64,000 nt of DNA. Origin: a virus. Both the position numbers and the translations under genes were made by a program. This document shows, in pieces, positions 21,001 to 28,135 of this stretch. Each line of letters begins with the position of its first letter. The first letter of the stretch is position 1. The notes beneath the pieces are model-generated. The model had not been told where the DNA came from. It ran no database searches and saw only the letters and a program-made list of their open reading frames with translations. The stretch lies in IMG/VR virus record IMGVR_UViG_3300025133_000069, positions 1 to 64,000 of that record. One strand, given 5' to 3'.

Positions 21001-21289
21001 TAAACCATCAGAATATGATCCAAAGGGCAAGGAACAAATGAAACGTAGAAGACAAAGCATACAAAAATATAAAGAAGCAACAGTCAGAACGTTGGTTAAA
21101 CGCATGTTAACAGGCGTTCGTGGAGCAGAGAGGGAAAAGAGAATAAAGCAAATAAAAGATTTGCAAAAAATTGACTTACCGTGGGATATGAAATGGCCAA
21201 GTAAACAGAGGTCCGTAAAAGAAAATCTTAATCTAGATATTGCAGAAATCGCAAAAATAATAATTGAAGAAACTAAAAAACTTTTCTAA
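15002..21289 (+). CDS. Giant (2095 aa) leader-A protein with doubled leader and C-terminal hydrophobic segments
   Basis: KKRTITKSQLENVISERL repeated twice; PPAMFILIGYGMW and ILLDPTIFGVQAVTGVVDIL; no recognised catalytic family. Confidence 0.8.
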   Translation: MKKRTITKSQLENVISERLTGLLQEEKIIPVKKRTITKSQLESVISERLTNLLKESNPVFKNPATGRVRGGRTVTSARGLEFVEAHLTHRGIARGLQFGVSTEGPPEQYYLKGNNPKDWHWPTLTNRDYEKALQAAHDFLGFEPMHGEVGPHGEKRRMMLAEMSSKQYWTRVAALQDKYEKILREHFEKHPLVIKDPVLRLGKTAPSKAAKRAARRRLAKAGLAIEKPAYHAARTGAEQLPAVKPGRGQPASKAEIKKMTIPELKAKLTGMDETTLAKHQLSAEEIVNERIKRMSFGRAIIQADSEWIATNFMKTKVPVIPPFFELMKLESEWKIREFYRVMGSRGQRKGRLDLRPGDILENKVETLRDAMRWLSGMEEIPGMKAGMTGEKSAIELRKEIWKGNISGELEETKRQDRHGAHRSEIEKQLHTLEKQTNALEKELGYKKGKIWEELLLDYKETPVIEKETRGERRKRGYPEKKEKKGTPQAKKKLPRRVRTLEQPGWRYRSDLRFHATAPTASPREMWSPTLQRSPSAEPSMPGKRYFGNEQFQIMTALRSLGDPIILPDELWNNLYGEGPIWGVKLLGTPTEPVLREEGLFGRFPSGRGLPEEIISDLTFWKDNTISESKVRERFKRLPEVFGTLRDLRIAAPQAWLPKKIADVVSPRGRDPGRYVTDKIINEFIDAYSLNLGTTGTSDILISEDGTIRFLDKKGRLSPTKKLTRGKNLLQGKLLEEVADLIEELHKESVAKITREEVVKATPREGDHLHYRINLEREQRVRPTWGAGETFESRYPGGSAHPPRTDRGAGMRPKWERWHIGEQYVPDLFHGERFDIEGTTVGDRSSRLQQLLAMRGEDSVWDAKPLENFKNDPRLGKQPIGPDGRPMDSNAWHDQVVYHWPEEVAARRALRGAAINMRNKIRYRDGIPPTSGGRLVIGANLLEEAKFGPRDMKLKDGTIIFLEDYLMLKEGEGILMGEYGKRYVYPIPVKAREHHPGTQRWAEKNLPDTPLARARARAIAIIGANAYEGVYMPSGPSGEGSRVGNAWYFESGMESSVWETNPNWIAIEGDSTWMHQGQIDRIKKHILGTENGTARWNRVERDVVHWLKDGIPSYIKEEWVETNKKIIYLHRRRLSTAYGPDVDRGRVRREVVKLIGEIEKGEGPGVLRGAQISPMTPTWKAPNGALIHAGFRDDMYELLELYDLESSHKIEKEILTQKAYSDAIKNMERRWLTNNFKEQSVYFGGQSRAEKSLGRARFEVTLSPEARILWVLQDRDLLEIIEFMNENPGERVFIPRIVQHYWGSVSTYPTGRALPEEILNDVRLLIHDKMTSVEDALLHTERRWGGGKTTKEWKNDKLWEEYVRENMRLGSRGFGVWQKGIWDPETGDPVYDEKGKQKFRLEEIHDEGKAKRIKKINEARAERRRAAAERRRPSPQSPRLDVTSGRGLVPSGLHAEPVPGFGARSNIVLATGEIVSVNVEWAREWIESELWKKLNPGRVEPLLNPVGEVEKMYNQLLLYPDLPEGAARVVLTNKAIAVEEQVLINLMQGHTSREFHLLEFEKILRREMIPQVEAGKISPAKADALAARLSRQAWEKGLNRHIIQLEIRARSEAGAYESAEALMARINNSGNIPPSVKKALKGVKKTLPPAMFILIGYGMWEIWYDPGADLTDDDTVFEKIRQTSILLDPTIFGVQAVTGVVDILYEDNPEWRWDDPWHLIPGHILWSRLGKIREPEEAKRKSREHAEAGKGVLDWVSRYRPWWGQPTGRTFGGEHAPGGAHVLGQHDRYGGISPGTLKFCLDQPDDGWCKEYAPNIWPEFCLQYPESAECKDIKEKIKNYRQDIFDRFMDPIKEKALEELIGEPFELPEDICKDAKGSTEEEKKKDCKRLKNLAFKQHLMKGVFKQIEQDKELTPKRAFKKLLDEWTSMTLEGCKDIPGNPCKAGSTTLPFKDWDARAAKKRLPKPVAELGPEEEFEMTFEPDPMVPQDYDPDTGKPKARPKPSEYDPKGKEQMKRRRQSIQKYKEATVRTLVKRMLTGVRGAEREKRIKQIKDLQKIDLPWDMKWPSKQRSVKENLNLDIAEIAKIIIEETKKLF
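15005..15166 (+). repeat. Tandem duplication of the leader-coding segment (90-nt period)
   Basis: aaaagaactatcac..aa.tc.caattaga.a..gt.at.tc.gaacg at 15005 and 15095. Confidence 0.85.
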
Positions 21290-21312
21290 TTATAAGTCAT
21301 GGAGGTTTTAAA

Positions 21313-21402
21313 ATGGATAAAGTACTAACTGCCCTTAAAAAACATTGGTGGGTTGTTCCTGCTGTTGTCGCAGCTGCCGTTGTTGTAAATCATTGTTTAT
21401 AG
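21313..21402 (+). CDS. 29-aa TM micropeptide MDKVLTALKKHWWVVPAVVAAAVVVNHCL
   Basis: GGAGG RBS at 21301; hand-translated. Confidence 0.65.
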   Translation: MDKVLTALKKHWWVVPAVVAAAVVVNHCL

Positions 21403-21411
21403 GAAACTACT

Positions 21412-21588
21412 ATGTGTTTAATTTGTACACAAATCATACAAGATAAATTGACAGTTAAAGAAGCTCGCCACAACCTTGGTGAACTTTATCTTAATATGGA
21501 TAAAGAACATATCCATGAAGTTTTAAAACTTATTTGGCAGAAAGAAGACGAGGAATATGAATCTTTAAGTGATGTTGGTTCGGACTAG
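21412..21588 (+). CDS. 58-aa hypothetical protein starting MCLIC (CxxC)
   Basis: Hand-translated; below the track cutoff. Confidence 0.6.
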   Translation: MCLICTQIIQDKLTVKEARHNLGELYLNMDKEHIHEVLKLIWQKEDEEYESLSDVGSD

Positions 21589-21884
21589 CTCATTACTTTC
21601 AACACTGTCCACAAATGTCTTACGGCTTTGTTATCAAAATAGAGGTAGGCGCCCTCTGGGAGCACCTCTACCGACCTAATACCCTTGCGGCATCTTTTGA
21701 TGGCGTTACATAGATCAGAATTTGTTGCATAGAAGCAGACAACTCCTTCTTCTTTTACTTCTCTCTTGTTTCTTGTAACGATTGTTTCACAATCCGAATC
21801 TCCTGCCAAATTAAAATAACGTTCGCATAGCATATCGAGTGTTTCTTCAAATTTTGGACTTGAACGAGAAATCTTTTTTGTCAT
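21585..21884 (-). CDS. Hypothetical protein
   Basis: ORF track; AAGGA RBS on the minus strand. Confidence 0.65.
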   Translation of the reverse strand: MTKKISRSSPKFEETLDMLCERYFNLAGDSDCETIVTRNKREVKEEGVVCFYATNSDLCNAIKRCRKGIRSVEVLPEGAYLYFDNKAVRHLWTVLKVMS

Positions 21885-21948
21885 ATTGATTTTTCCTTAA
21901 CGAAAATAAAATTTTATTGTACCTTTAATGTAGGTACTAGTTATTAGT

Positions 21949-22041
21949 ATGGAAACAGTTTTATTAGTGGCAGCAATGTTCTCAGTTTTTTTTATGGGAA
22001 TCATAATTGGAATAATCGTAGGAGCGGCAATTTATAAATGA
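21949..22041 (+). CDS. 30-aa TM micropeptide METVLLVAAMFSVFFMGIIIGIIVGAAIYK
   Basis: ACTAGTTA box 13 nt upstream; ATGA overlap with the next gene. Confidence 0.6.
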   Translation: METVLLVAAMFSVFFMGIIIGIIVGAAIYK

Positions 22042-22334
22042 AAATAGGTTTTCGAAAATACGACGATGGTTTAAAAAATAAAATCTTTCTTGATAATAAA
22101 CTTATCGGTGAAGTAGGACTAAACATTTGGAATCAAAAATGGAAGATGACTCCATATTTTAGTTTTAGTCCGATGGAACAAGGAATTTTATATTCTGAAT
22201 ATGGATCCTGTTATAAAGCAGGGAAAGCTTTAGTAAAATTATATTCTGATACTTATATGGTATTTGAAGAAGACGATTTAGATGATACGCAAGAGATAGA
22301 TATGAGGAGTATAATTAAACGTCGTCGTCCGTGA
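22038..22334 (+). CDS. Hypothetical protein
   Basis: ORF track; translationally coupled to its neighbours. Confidence 0.65.
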   Translation: MKIGFRKYDDGLKNKIFLDNKLIGEVGLNIWNQKWKMTPYFSFSPMEQGILYSEYGSCYKAGKALVKLYSDTYMVFEEDDLDDTQEIDMRSIIKRRRP

Positions 22335-22345
22335 GGATTCAAAGT

Positions 22346-24241
22346 ATGAAAAAAATAGCGCTAGCTTTTATGATATTTACTTTTTTGCAAATCGGTTGCA
22401 GCAATGTAGAACAAGGAGCTGGTTCTAATGATTTAGATGTTGCGGAAGATATCTCTGAAGATGTACACAAAGAAGAAATAGTTATTGTACCTTGGGAAGA
22501 AGAGGAACCCGAACCAGATCCAGAATGTATTGACTGTGCAATGTATTTCTGTCCTCCATTAGATGCAATTTGGAGAAAAGAAATATGCATGAATATATGC
22601 GATGATCCTCCTACACTTTACTCTGAATCTGAATGCATACAATATATGGAGTGTGATCCAACGCAATATCTTATTGACGAAGTTGAATGTATGACTGAAG
22701 ATGGATATCCTGGTACCCAAGAAAAGGTTTGTAATAAAGGGTTAATACAATATACAGACTGTACTACTGCCTGTGAAGAAGAGTTGTGTAATTATGAAGA
22801 CGACGACTGTGACGGTGAGATTGACGAAGGACAATTAAACGACTGTAACGAATGTGGGATTGTTCCTACAGAAGAATGTAATGGCGTCGATGATAATTGT
22901 GATGGGGATACAGACGAAGATTTAATTCAACCCTGCATCACAGCATGCGGTGCGGGATATGAAATGTGTTATGAGGGCAATTGGATATCTTGTACGGCGC
23001 CGCCGGAGAGTGATGAGATATGTGATGGCTTGGACAATGATTGTGATGGTCAAATAGACGAAAACTTAGATTGTGTATGTACCATACAAGATATTGGAGT
23101 GTTGTTTCCATGTCAAGATGATCCTCTTATATGTGGTCAAGGATATAAAACTTGTCAGTGTTTAGACCCTGATTGTATAGATCTTGTAATGACAGAATGT
23201 TATGCTTTGTGTTACTGGGCGCCTTCTGGCGATCCAAACGCTGTTTGTGACCCACTGATTGGTATGGAATTAGCACAGGAAAAATGTAATAATTTTGATG
23301 ATAATTGTAATCAAGAGATTGATGAAGATCTTTATGGCGCTTGCTACACAGGGCCAGAAGGCACCCTTATGGTTGGTATTTGTGTTCCTGGAGAGATGAC
23401 TTGTGATGCTGGGACTTGGGGAAATTATGATGAGGAAAATTTTATTCCATATTATTGTAAAGATGAAATAGTACCTCAAGATGAAATATGTAATGGATTA
23501 GATGATGATTGTGACGGTATAGCAGACTGGGGTGAAGAGATGAAAGAGACCGATGTCCTCTTCATCGTTGATTGGTCTGGATCGATGGGTGATGAGATGA
23601 GCGCTGTTATGATAGCATTAAATCAGTTTGCACAAAATTTCAGCGATGAGGATGTTATTAAGTGGGCATTTATGCGGGGCCCAGTGGCCGTGTTACCTTC
23701 AACTTATGATGAACGTTTGGAGCTAATACAAGATTTAATTGGATTTTCTGATTATTTAGTTTCATTAGCTGGAATGGATACCAGCATGCAATCAATGAGT
23801 ACTGCTTACGAGATGTTATTGGACGCGATTTATATATCAGTCCATAATATAACAGCTACGTTACCACAACCTATCTCCAATTTTGTTTGGCCCGGGGCAG
23901 CTAACTTTGGTACAAGTGTAATTGAATCGGAGCCTCCATTACAAAATTTCGATATCAGTTGGCGTTCGGGGGCTGATCGCATCATCATTGTTTTTAGTGA
24001 CGAAGTACCGCAAAGTTATTTAGAACCAAATTTAAGTATAGAAGAAGTCAAAACAGCTGTTTCCGGGACACCTCAACTTAAATTATTTACATTTTCTAGG
24101 ACGTCCGGGTCGTCCCAGTGGGAAGATATAGCTGTTGCCGGCAATGGCGCTTGGTACAAACTTACAAATAATCCTACAGAAATGTATGCTAGCTTAATGG
24201 AAATTCTTGATGAAATATGTAAAGGTGATACAAATGAATAA
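22346..24241 (+). CDS. Cys-rich, Ca/metal-binding-repeat lipoprotein with C-terminal vWA domain (myxobacterial adhesin-like)
   Basis: Start ATG 22346 MKKIALAFMIFTFLQIGC; five C(N/D)xxD(D/N)xC(D/N)xxxD repeats; MIDAS DVLFIVDWSGSM and RIIIVFSDE. Confidence 0.85.
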   Translation: MKKIALAFMIFTFLQIGCSNVEQGAGSNDLDVAEDISEDVHKEEIVIVPWEEEEPEPDPECIDCAMYFCPPLDAIWRKEICMNICDDPPTLYSESECIQYMECDPTQYLIDEVECMTEDGYPGTQEKVCNKGLIQYTDCTTACEEELCNYEDDDCDGEIDEGQLNDCNECGIVPTEECNGVDDNCDGDTDEDLIQPCITACGAGYEMCYEGNWISCTAPPESDEICDGLDNDCDGQIDENLDCVCTIQDIGVLFPCQDDPLICGQGYKTCQCLDPDCIDLVMTECYALCYWAPSGDPNAVCDPLIGMELAQEKCNNFDDNCNQEIDEDLYGACYTGPEGTLMVGICVPGEMTCDAGTWGNYDEENFIPYYCKDEIVPQDEICNGLDDDCDGIADWGEEMKETDVLFIVDWSGSMGDEMSAVMIALNQFAQNFSDEDVIKWAFMRGPVAVLPSTYDERLELIQDLIGFSDYLVSLAGMDTSMQSMSTAYEMLLDAIYISVHNITATLPQPISNFVWPGAANFGTSVIESEPPLQNFDISWRSGADRIIIVFSDEVPQSYLEPNLSIEEVKTAVSGTPQLKLFTFSRTSGSSQWEDIAVAGNGAWYKLTNNPTEMYASLMEILDEICKGDTNE

Positions 24242-24461
24242 AGTTGATGAATTAGAAGAAGAGATTGAAAAATTAGAAGAGTTAATAACAAAAGCTAAAA
24301 AAGAAAACGCAGAGCTTAAAGATGAGGTCGATTCGCTTTGGTCAATGATGGATGAAATAACAAAATCTGATATTGAAAATTTTTCTCATATTCTAGAAGA
24401 TCTGAAAGCTGATATTATTACAAAGACGCTGATGATAACAAAGAAAGTAGCAGACTGTTAA
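24234..24461 (+). CDS. Small coiled-coil protein
   Basis: MNKVDELEEEIEKLEELITKAKKENAELKDEV heptads. Confidence 0.65.
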   Translation: MNKVDELEEEIEKLEELITKAKKENAELKDEVDSLWSMMDEITKSDIENFSHILEDLKADIITKTLMITKKVADC

Positions 24462-24473
24462 GAGGAAGAATGT

Positions 24474-25079
24474 TTGTTTAAAAAAATAGTAATATTATTA
24501 TCTATATTTTCCTGTTTTACATGTTCAGGCCATGGCCCTGGTGTTTTTTTATTAAATGAGAATAAACCTATTTATAAACGTTCAGTATGTGATCCAGAAA
24601 AATCTTTTCCTCAAATGATTATAATTCCTTTTTTTGAGAACGCTTCTCAGGTCGTACCGAATTGTCAAACATATCCCAAACATGAAACTACTTTGGCTTT
24701 ATTTGTTTTTTATCATAATTGGACTGAATATTTTGGTGATAGTAATTACGCTGTTAGAGGAATGCTTGAGAAGGTTATGATTCAGTGGGGTACTGATAAG
24801 AGGGTTAGTAAAAGAGGTTATAACCTCAAAGGAAAACCTTTTGAAAATCGCAATATTATAGGACGAGTTGAATCTGATACCATGACTTGGGTTTGGCAAG
24901 GTTATCATCATAGAATTTCACAAAGTGCTTTGTTTCATGAATTAGTTCATTTAGCATTGCGTGCCAAGTATGGCACTGCAGATCCAGACCACGAAGGTTC
25001 GAAATATCGTGGATGGACGCCGGCCCACTCTGCAATGATCGTTGAATCTAAACAAATGTTATCTGCCTTTAATTTATAG
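24474..25079 (+). CDS. Secreted or lipoprotein HExxH metallopeptidase-like protein
   Basis: Hydrophobic N-terminus with Cys; SALFHELVHLAL...DPDH; TTG start with GAGGA RBS. Confidence 0.7.
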   Translation: MFKKIVILLSIFSCFTCSGHGPGVFLLNENKPIYKRSVCDPEKSFPQMIIIPFFENASQVVPNCQTYPKHETTLALFVFYHNWTEYFGDSNYAVRGMLEKVMIQWGTDKRVSKRGYNLKGKPFENRNIIGRVESDTMTWVWQGYHHRISQSALFHELVHLALRAKYGTADPDHEGSKYRGWTPAHSAMIVESKQMLSAFNL

Positions 25080-25091
25080 GAGGGTTTATGA

Positions 25092-25337
25092 TTGAAATAT
25101 TTTATTAGTTTTACTATTTTCCTTTTTATTTTTTTAAATGCGACTGCTACTGTCGCCAAACAGCCTAAATCTAAATTTTATGATTTTAATGAACAGATTA
25201 TTGATGGCGAAGTAAAAAAACCGACGACCCTCTACACAAATGCCAGACAACAAGTAAAATTTGATCGACTTATGAAACTAAAAAAAAGTTTTTTACCAAA
25301 ATTATTTGCTACTGCCAAAGAAAGAGTTTTCAAATAA
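25092..25337 (+). CDS. CglF/GltF-like secreted gliding-motility protein
   Basis: Signal peptide, then YDFNEQIIDGEVKKP...Y..AR..VKF..L..L...F..K, matching my recollection of the myxobacterial CglF core; GGAGG RBS. Confidence 0.75.
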   Translation: MKYFISFTIFLFIFLNATATVAKQPKSKFYDFNEQIIDGEVKKPTTLYTNARQQVKFDRLMKLKKSFLPKLFATAKERVFK

Positions 25338-25369
25338 GAAAAACTATTTATATAGATCTGGAGCGTAAA

Positions 25370-27541
25370 ATGAAATCATATCACGATAATTGGCGTAATT
25401 TTTTAACAGAGGCGACCCCAATAAGACAAGACGATGGCGGTCCTGTCATGGTGGATAGTAGTTCGCTAGAGGAAGGCAGATATACTGCTGAAGCCTTGAC
25501 GAGAGTGGCCGAAGACACAGGGGTTAACCCAGCCTGGCTATGGGGCTTAATGGGCGCGGAATCAGGCGGCGGTAGAGGTAAATTTAGAGGTGGAAAATGT
25601 CAGGCGCGCGCATTCAATAATTATTTGCTTAAAGATCGCTGGGTGACGTACGAAAGTGGAAAGCGCGTTTTTAAAAGAGGCTATACCACCATATATAATG
25701 AAGATATTAAAGCCGTAAGAAATGCCGGCGTGAGAACTCGTGGTCAAACTTATGGTGATTCTCGCAAAGATCGATCTGCCGATTCACAGTTTCATAAATG
25801 TTTTAAAGTTGCGCCCAAGAGCGCAATTGCGGTTGCTGCCTGGGGCGCCAATCAAGTAATGGGTTTCAACATTAAAGAAATGTGGGAAAATGACCCACAA
25901 GGCTTCTATGATCGATGGTATGGTAACAATGGAGCAAACCAGTGTGCGATGAGTGAAGAAGCAAGTAGGGTTTATAATGCAGCGCCGCGGCGGAATGCGA
26001 AGCTTCAGAGATACTCTAATAATGCTGTTTTTGGGGGAATCAATGGTGCATATAGAAGTTGGCAGAGCATTGTACAAATATATCATGGGTCATCGCCCGG
26101 AAGTGAAAAAAATACAAGATATGTAAGTTCGGCCAGAAAAGCAGCAAAACAATTTATAGCAAAGTTCCCCAACCAGATGAGACAGTGGTGGAAAGATCGT
26201 GGCAAAAGCGAAGAAGAAATCAATACTTTTTTCAGAAGATGGAGGGTTAATCCCGGCGAGGCCTCAGTTGCAACACCAGCTTCTCCAGAATTGCCAATTG
26301 AGCCTGTATCAGAAATCAAACATAGAAAAATTCTTGTAATTGGTGATTCCAACACAGCTCGTATGAAAGCAGCTCTAACCCAAAAATATGGCGGGGATCC
26401 AAATACTGAAATAAAAGTTTGGGGCAGGGGTGTTGAAGATGGTGTGGCTACAACGACGAAATATATCTATAAAAATATAAAAGATCCAAATTCTAAATTA
26501 AAAAAACTCATTAATAACTTTAATCCAACTCATATTGTTATAGGTTCATTAGGTGGAAATGATTGGGCATATGCTTGTCCCGGTCGAGAAGAGACACTAC
26601 AAAGTTATATTAAAAATTATGTAAAACCACTTATGATATATATTAAAGCGCACAATGGATCATGGGGGGGTTTACCGCCGGCTGGGCCGGAGGCGACAAG
26701 AAAGTGTAAAGGTAAGTCTATACTTTTTCAACCAATGAGGGCTAAAATTAATGATAGATATAAACAAGTTGCAGAAGACATAGGCTTAGAATATCGCGAT
26801 GTTATAGGTTCAGGCTTTTTCAATCCTCCAGGTGATAAATATCATATTCCACAAAAAAAGTGGATAGACTATTTTAAAGATAATACTCTTGTGAGAAAAA
26901 AAATAAAAAAGAAATTCCCATTACGTTTAGATGTACCTGGTACAATTGTAGTTAAAACACATCCTCCACATGGAACTTCATGGGAAAGACCCTTCCCAGA
27001 AAAAGGATTACCATGGGGCATGAAGTGGCCTGAAGATCAAATCAACTTAGATATATCACAAATAGATGATTTCGAAGTAGCTTGTCATTTCTGGAACAAT
27101 CCTGAACATGAAAGTTTCTGGGGTTTTACAAATTATAAAAAGAAAGGTATGATTCTTAACAGAGAAGATCCATATGGTGAGATCCATGATGCGATAGAGG
27201 AATTATGGGAAGAGGCGATCGCTAGTGTAACTGAAGATTGCCCTGAAGGTACAAACTGCCGCGTTGATACAACTCCCTGGGTCACTAAACAAATTAACAA
27301 ACGTATTAAAAGAGGTGATTTAGAAAGTCCCGTAATTACTCATTGGAAGACAGAAGATATTATTGAACTTTTTAATAAAACAAGAAGTCGTTATCCAACA
27401 CGCTGGAAGCCTTGGTTTAAAGCAGGAATGTGTGATGGCGACTATGAATCAAAAATTAAAAGTCTTCTCGACCAAGAAGAAATAGAAGAGAGAGAAAGAG
27501 AAAAACACCGAAAACTATTCCGGCGTATGATGAACCGATAA
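25370..27541 (+). CDS. Leader-B cargo protein: N-acetylmuramidase-like domain plus SGNH hydrolase domain
   Basis: MKSYHDNWRNFLTE; GAESGG and AWGANQVMGFN (muramidase-like); LVIGDSN, LGGND, DKYH (SGNH); ACTATTTA at 25343. Confidence 0.8.
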   Translation: MKSYHDNWRNFLTEATPIRQDDGGPVMVDSSSLEEGRYTAEALTRVAEDTGVNPAWLWGLMGAESGGGRGKFRGGKCQARAFNNYLLKDRWVTYESGKRVFKRGYTTIYNEDIKAVRNAGVRTRGQTYGDSRKDRSADSQFHKCFKVAPKSAIAVAAWGANQVMGFNIKEMWENDPQGFYDRWYGNNGANQCAMSEEASRVYNAAPRRNAKLQRYSNNAVFGGINGAYRSWQSIVQIYHGSSPGSEKNTRYVSSARKAAKQFIAKFPNQMRQWWKDRGKSEEEINTFFRRWRVNPGEASVATPASPELPIEPVSEIKHRKILVIGDSNTARMKAALTQKYGGDPNTEIKVWGRGVEDGVATTTKYIYKNIKDPNSKLKKLINNFNPTHIVIGSLGGNDWAYACPGREETLQSYIKNYVKPLMIYIKAHNGSWGGLPPAGPEATRKCKGKSILFQPMRAKINDRYKQVAEDIGLEYRDVIGSGFFNPPGDKYHIPQKKWIDYFKDNTLVRKKIKKKFPLRLDVPGTIVVKTHPPHGTSWERPFPEKGLPWGMKWPEDQINLDISQIDDFEVACHFWNNPEHESFWGFTNYKKKGMILNREDPYGEIHDAIEELWEEAIASVTEDCPEGTNCRVDTTPWVTKQINKRIKRGDLESPVITHWKTEDIIELFNKTRSRYPTRWKPWFKAGMCDGDYESKIKSLLDQEEIEEREREKHRKLFRRMMNR

Positions 27542-27546
27542 AGCAT

Positions 27547-28134
27547 ATGACACGTAAAAAGAAACAAATTGATGAACAGATTCAGGGTTCAAATAGATCA
27601 AGACCGGGCAGCGCCATGGCTTCTTTTGAACAGCCAAATGAGCCATGGATGGAACCATGGGACGATTTTAAAAGTGATGCGCAAGAACCAAGTAGTGGTA
27701 GCATAATGAAAATTGTCTTACACAGGAATGGCTTTTGTTTATTTCTTCGTAATGAGCAGGGTTTGGATTTACCGGGGGGCCATATGGAAAGGGATGATTT
27801 TACTAAGATTGAGGCGCTCAGGAGAGAGGTTCTTGAAGAGACTGGTTTAACACTTTCAACTGATGATCGTGATATAGTTGAACTATTTGGTTTAGAACTA
27901 GCACATCCTAGAAAGCACTATTATGTGGGCCCGTTGCCGGGCGGCAAGTGTCACGCAAGCGGGGAACACATAGGAGGTTGTGAAGAAGTTAGATTAGAAG
28001 ATGTAGAAAATAGGGACGATATTTCTGCAGAATATAAAGAAGTTATACGTAAAGTACTAAATACAATTGTAGATAGAAGTGGTGACGACCTTCAACCCTT
28101 TGCCCCGGGCGTTGGTTTAATGGGAAAGCGTTAA
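27547..28134 (+). CDS. NUDIX hydrolase
   Basis: Nudix box LPGGHMERDD...EALRREVLEETGL. Confidence 0.88.
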   Translation: MTRKKKQIDEQIQGSNRSRPGSAMASFEQPNEPWMEPWDDFKSDAQEPSSGSIMKIVLHRNGFCLFLRNEQGLDLPGGHMERDDFTKIEALRREVLEETGLTLSTDDRDIVELFGLELAHPRKHYYVGPLPGGKCHASGEHIGGCEEVRLEDVENRDDISAEYKEVIRKVLNTIVDRSGDDLQPFAPGVGLMGKR

Positions 28135-28135
28135 T

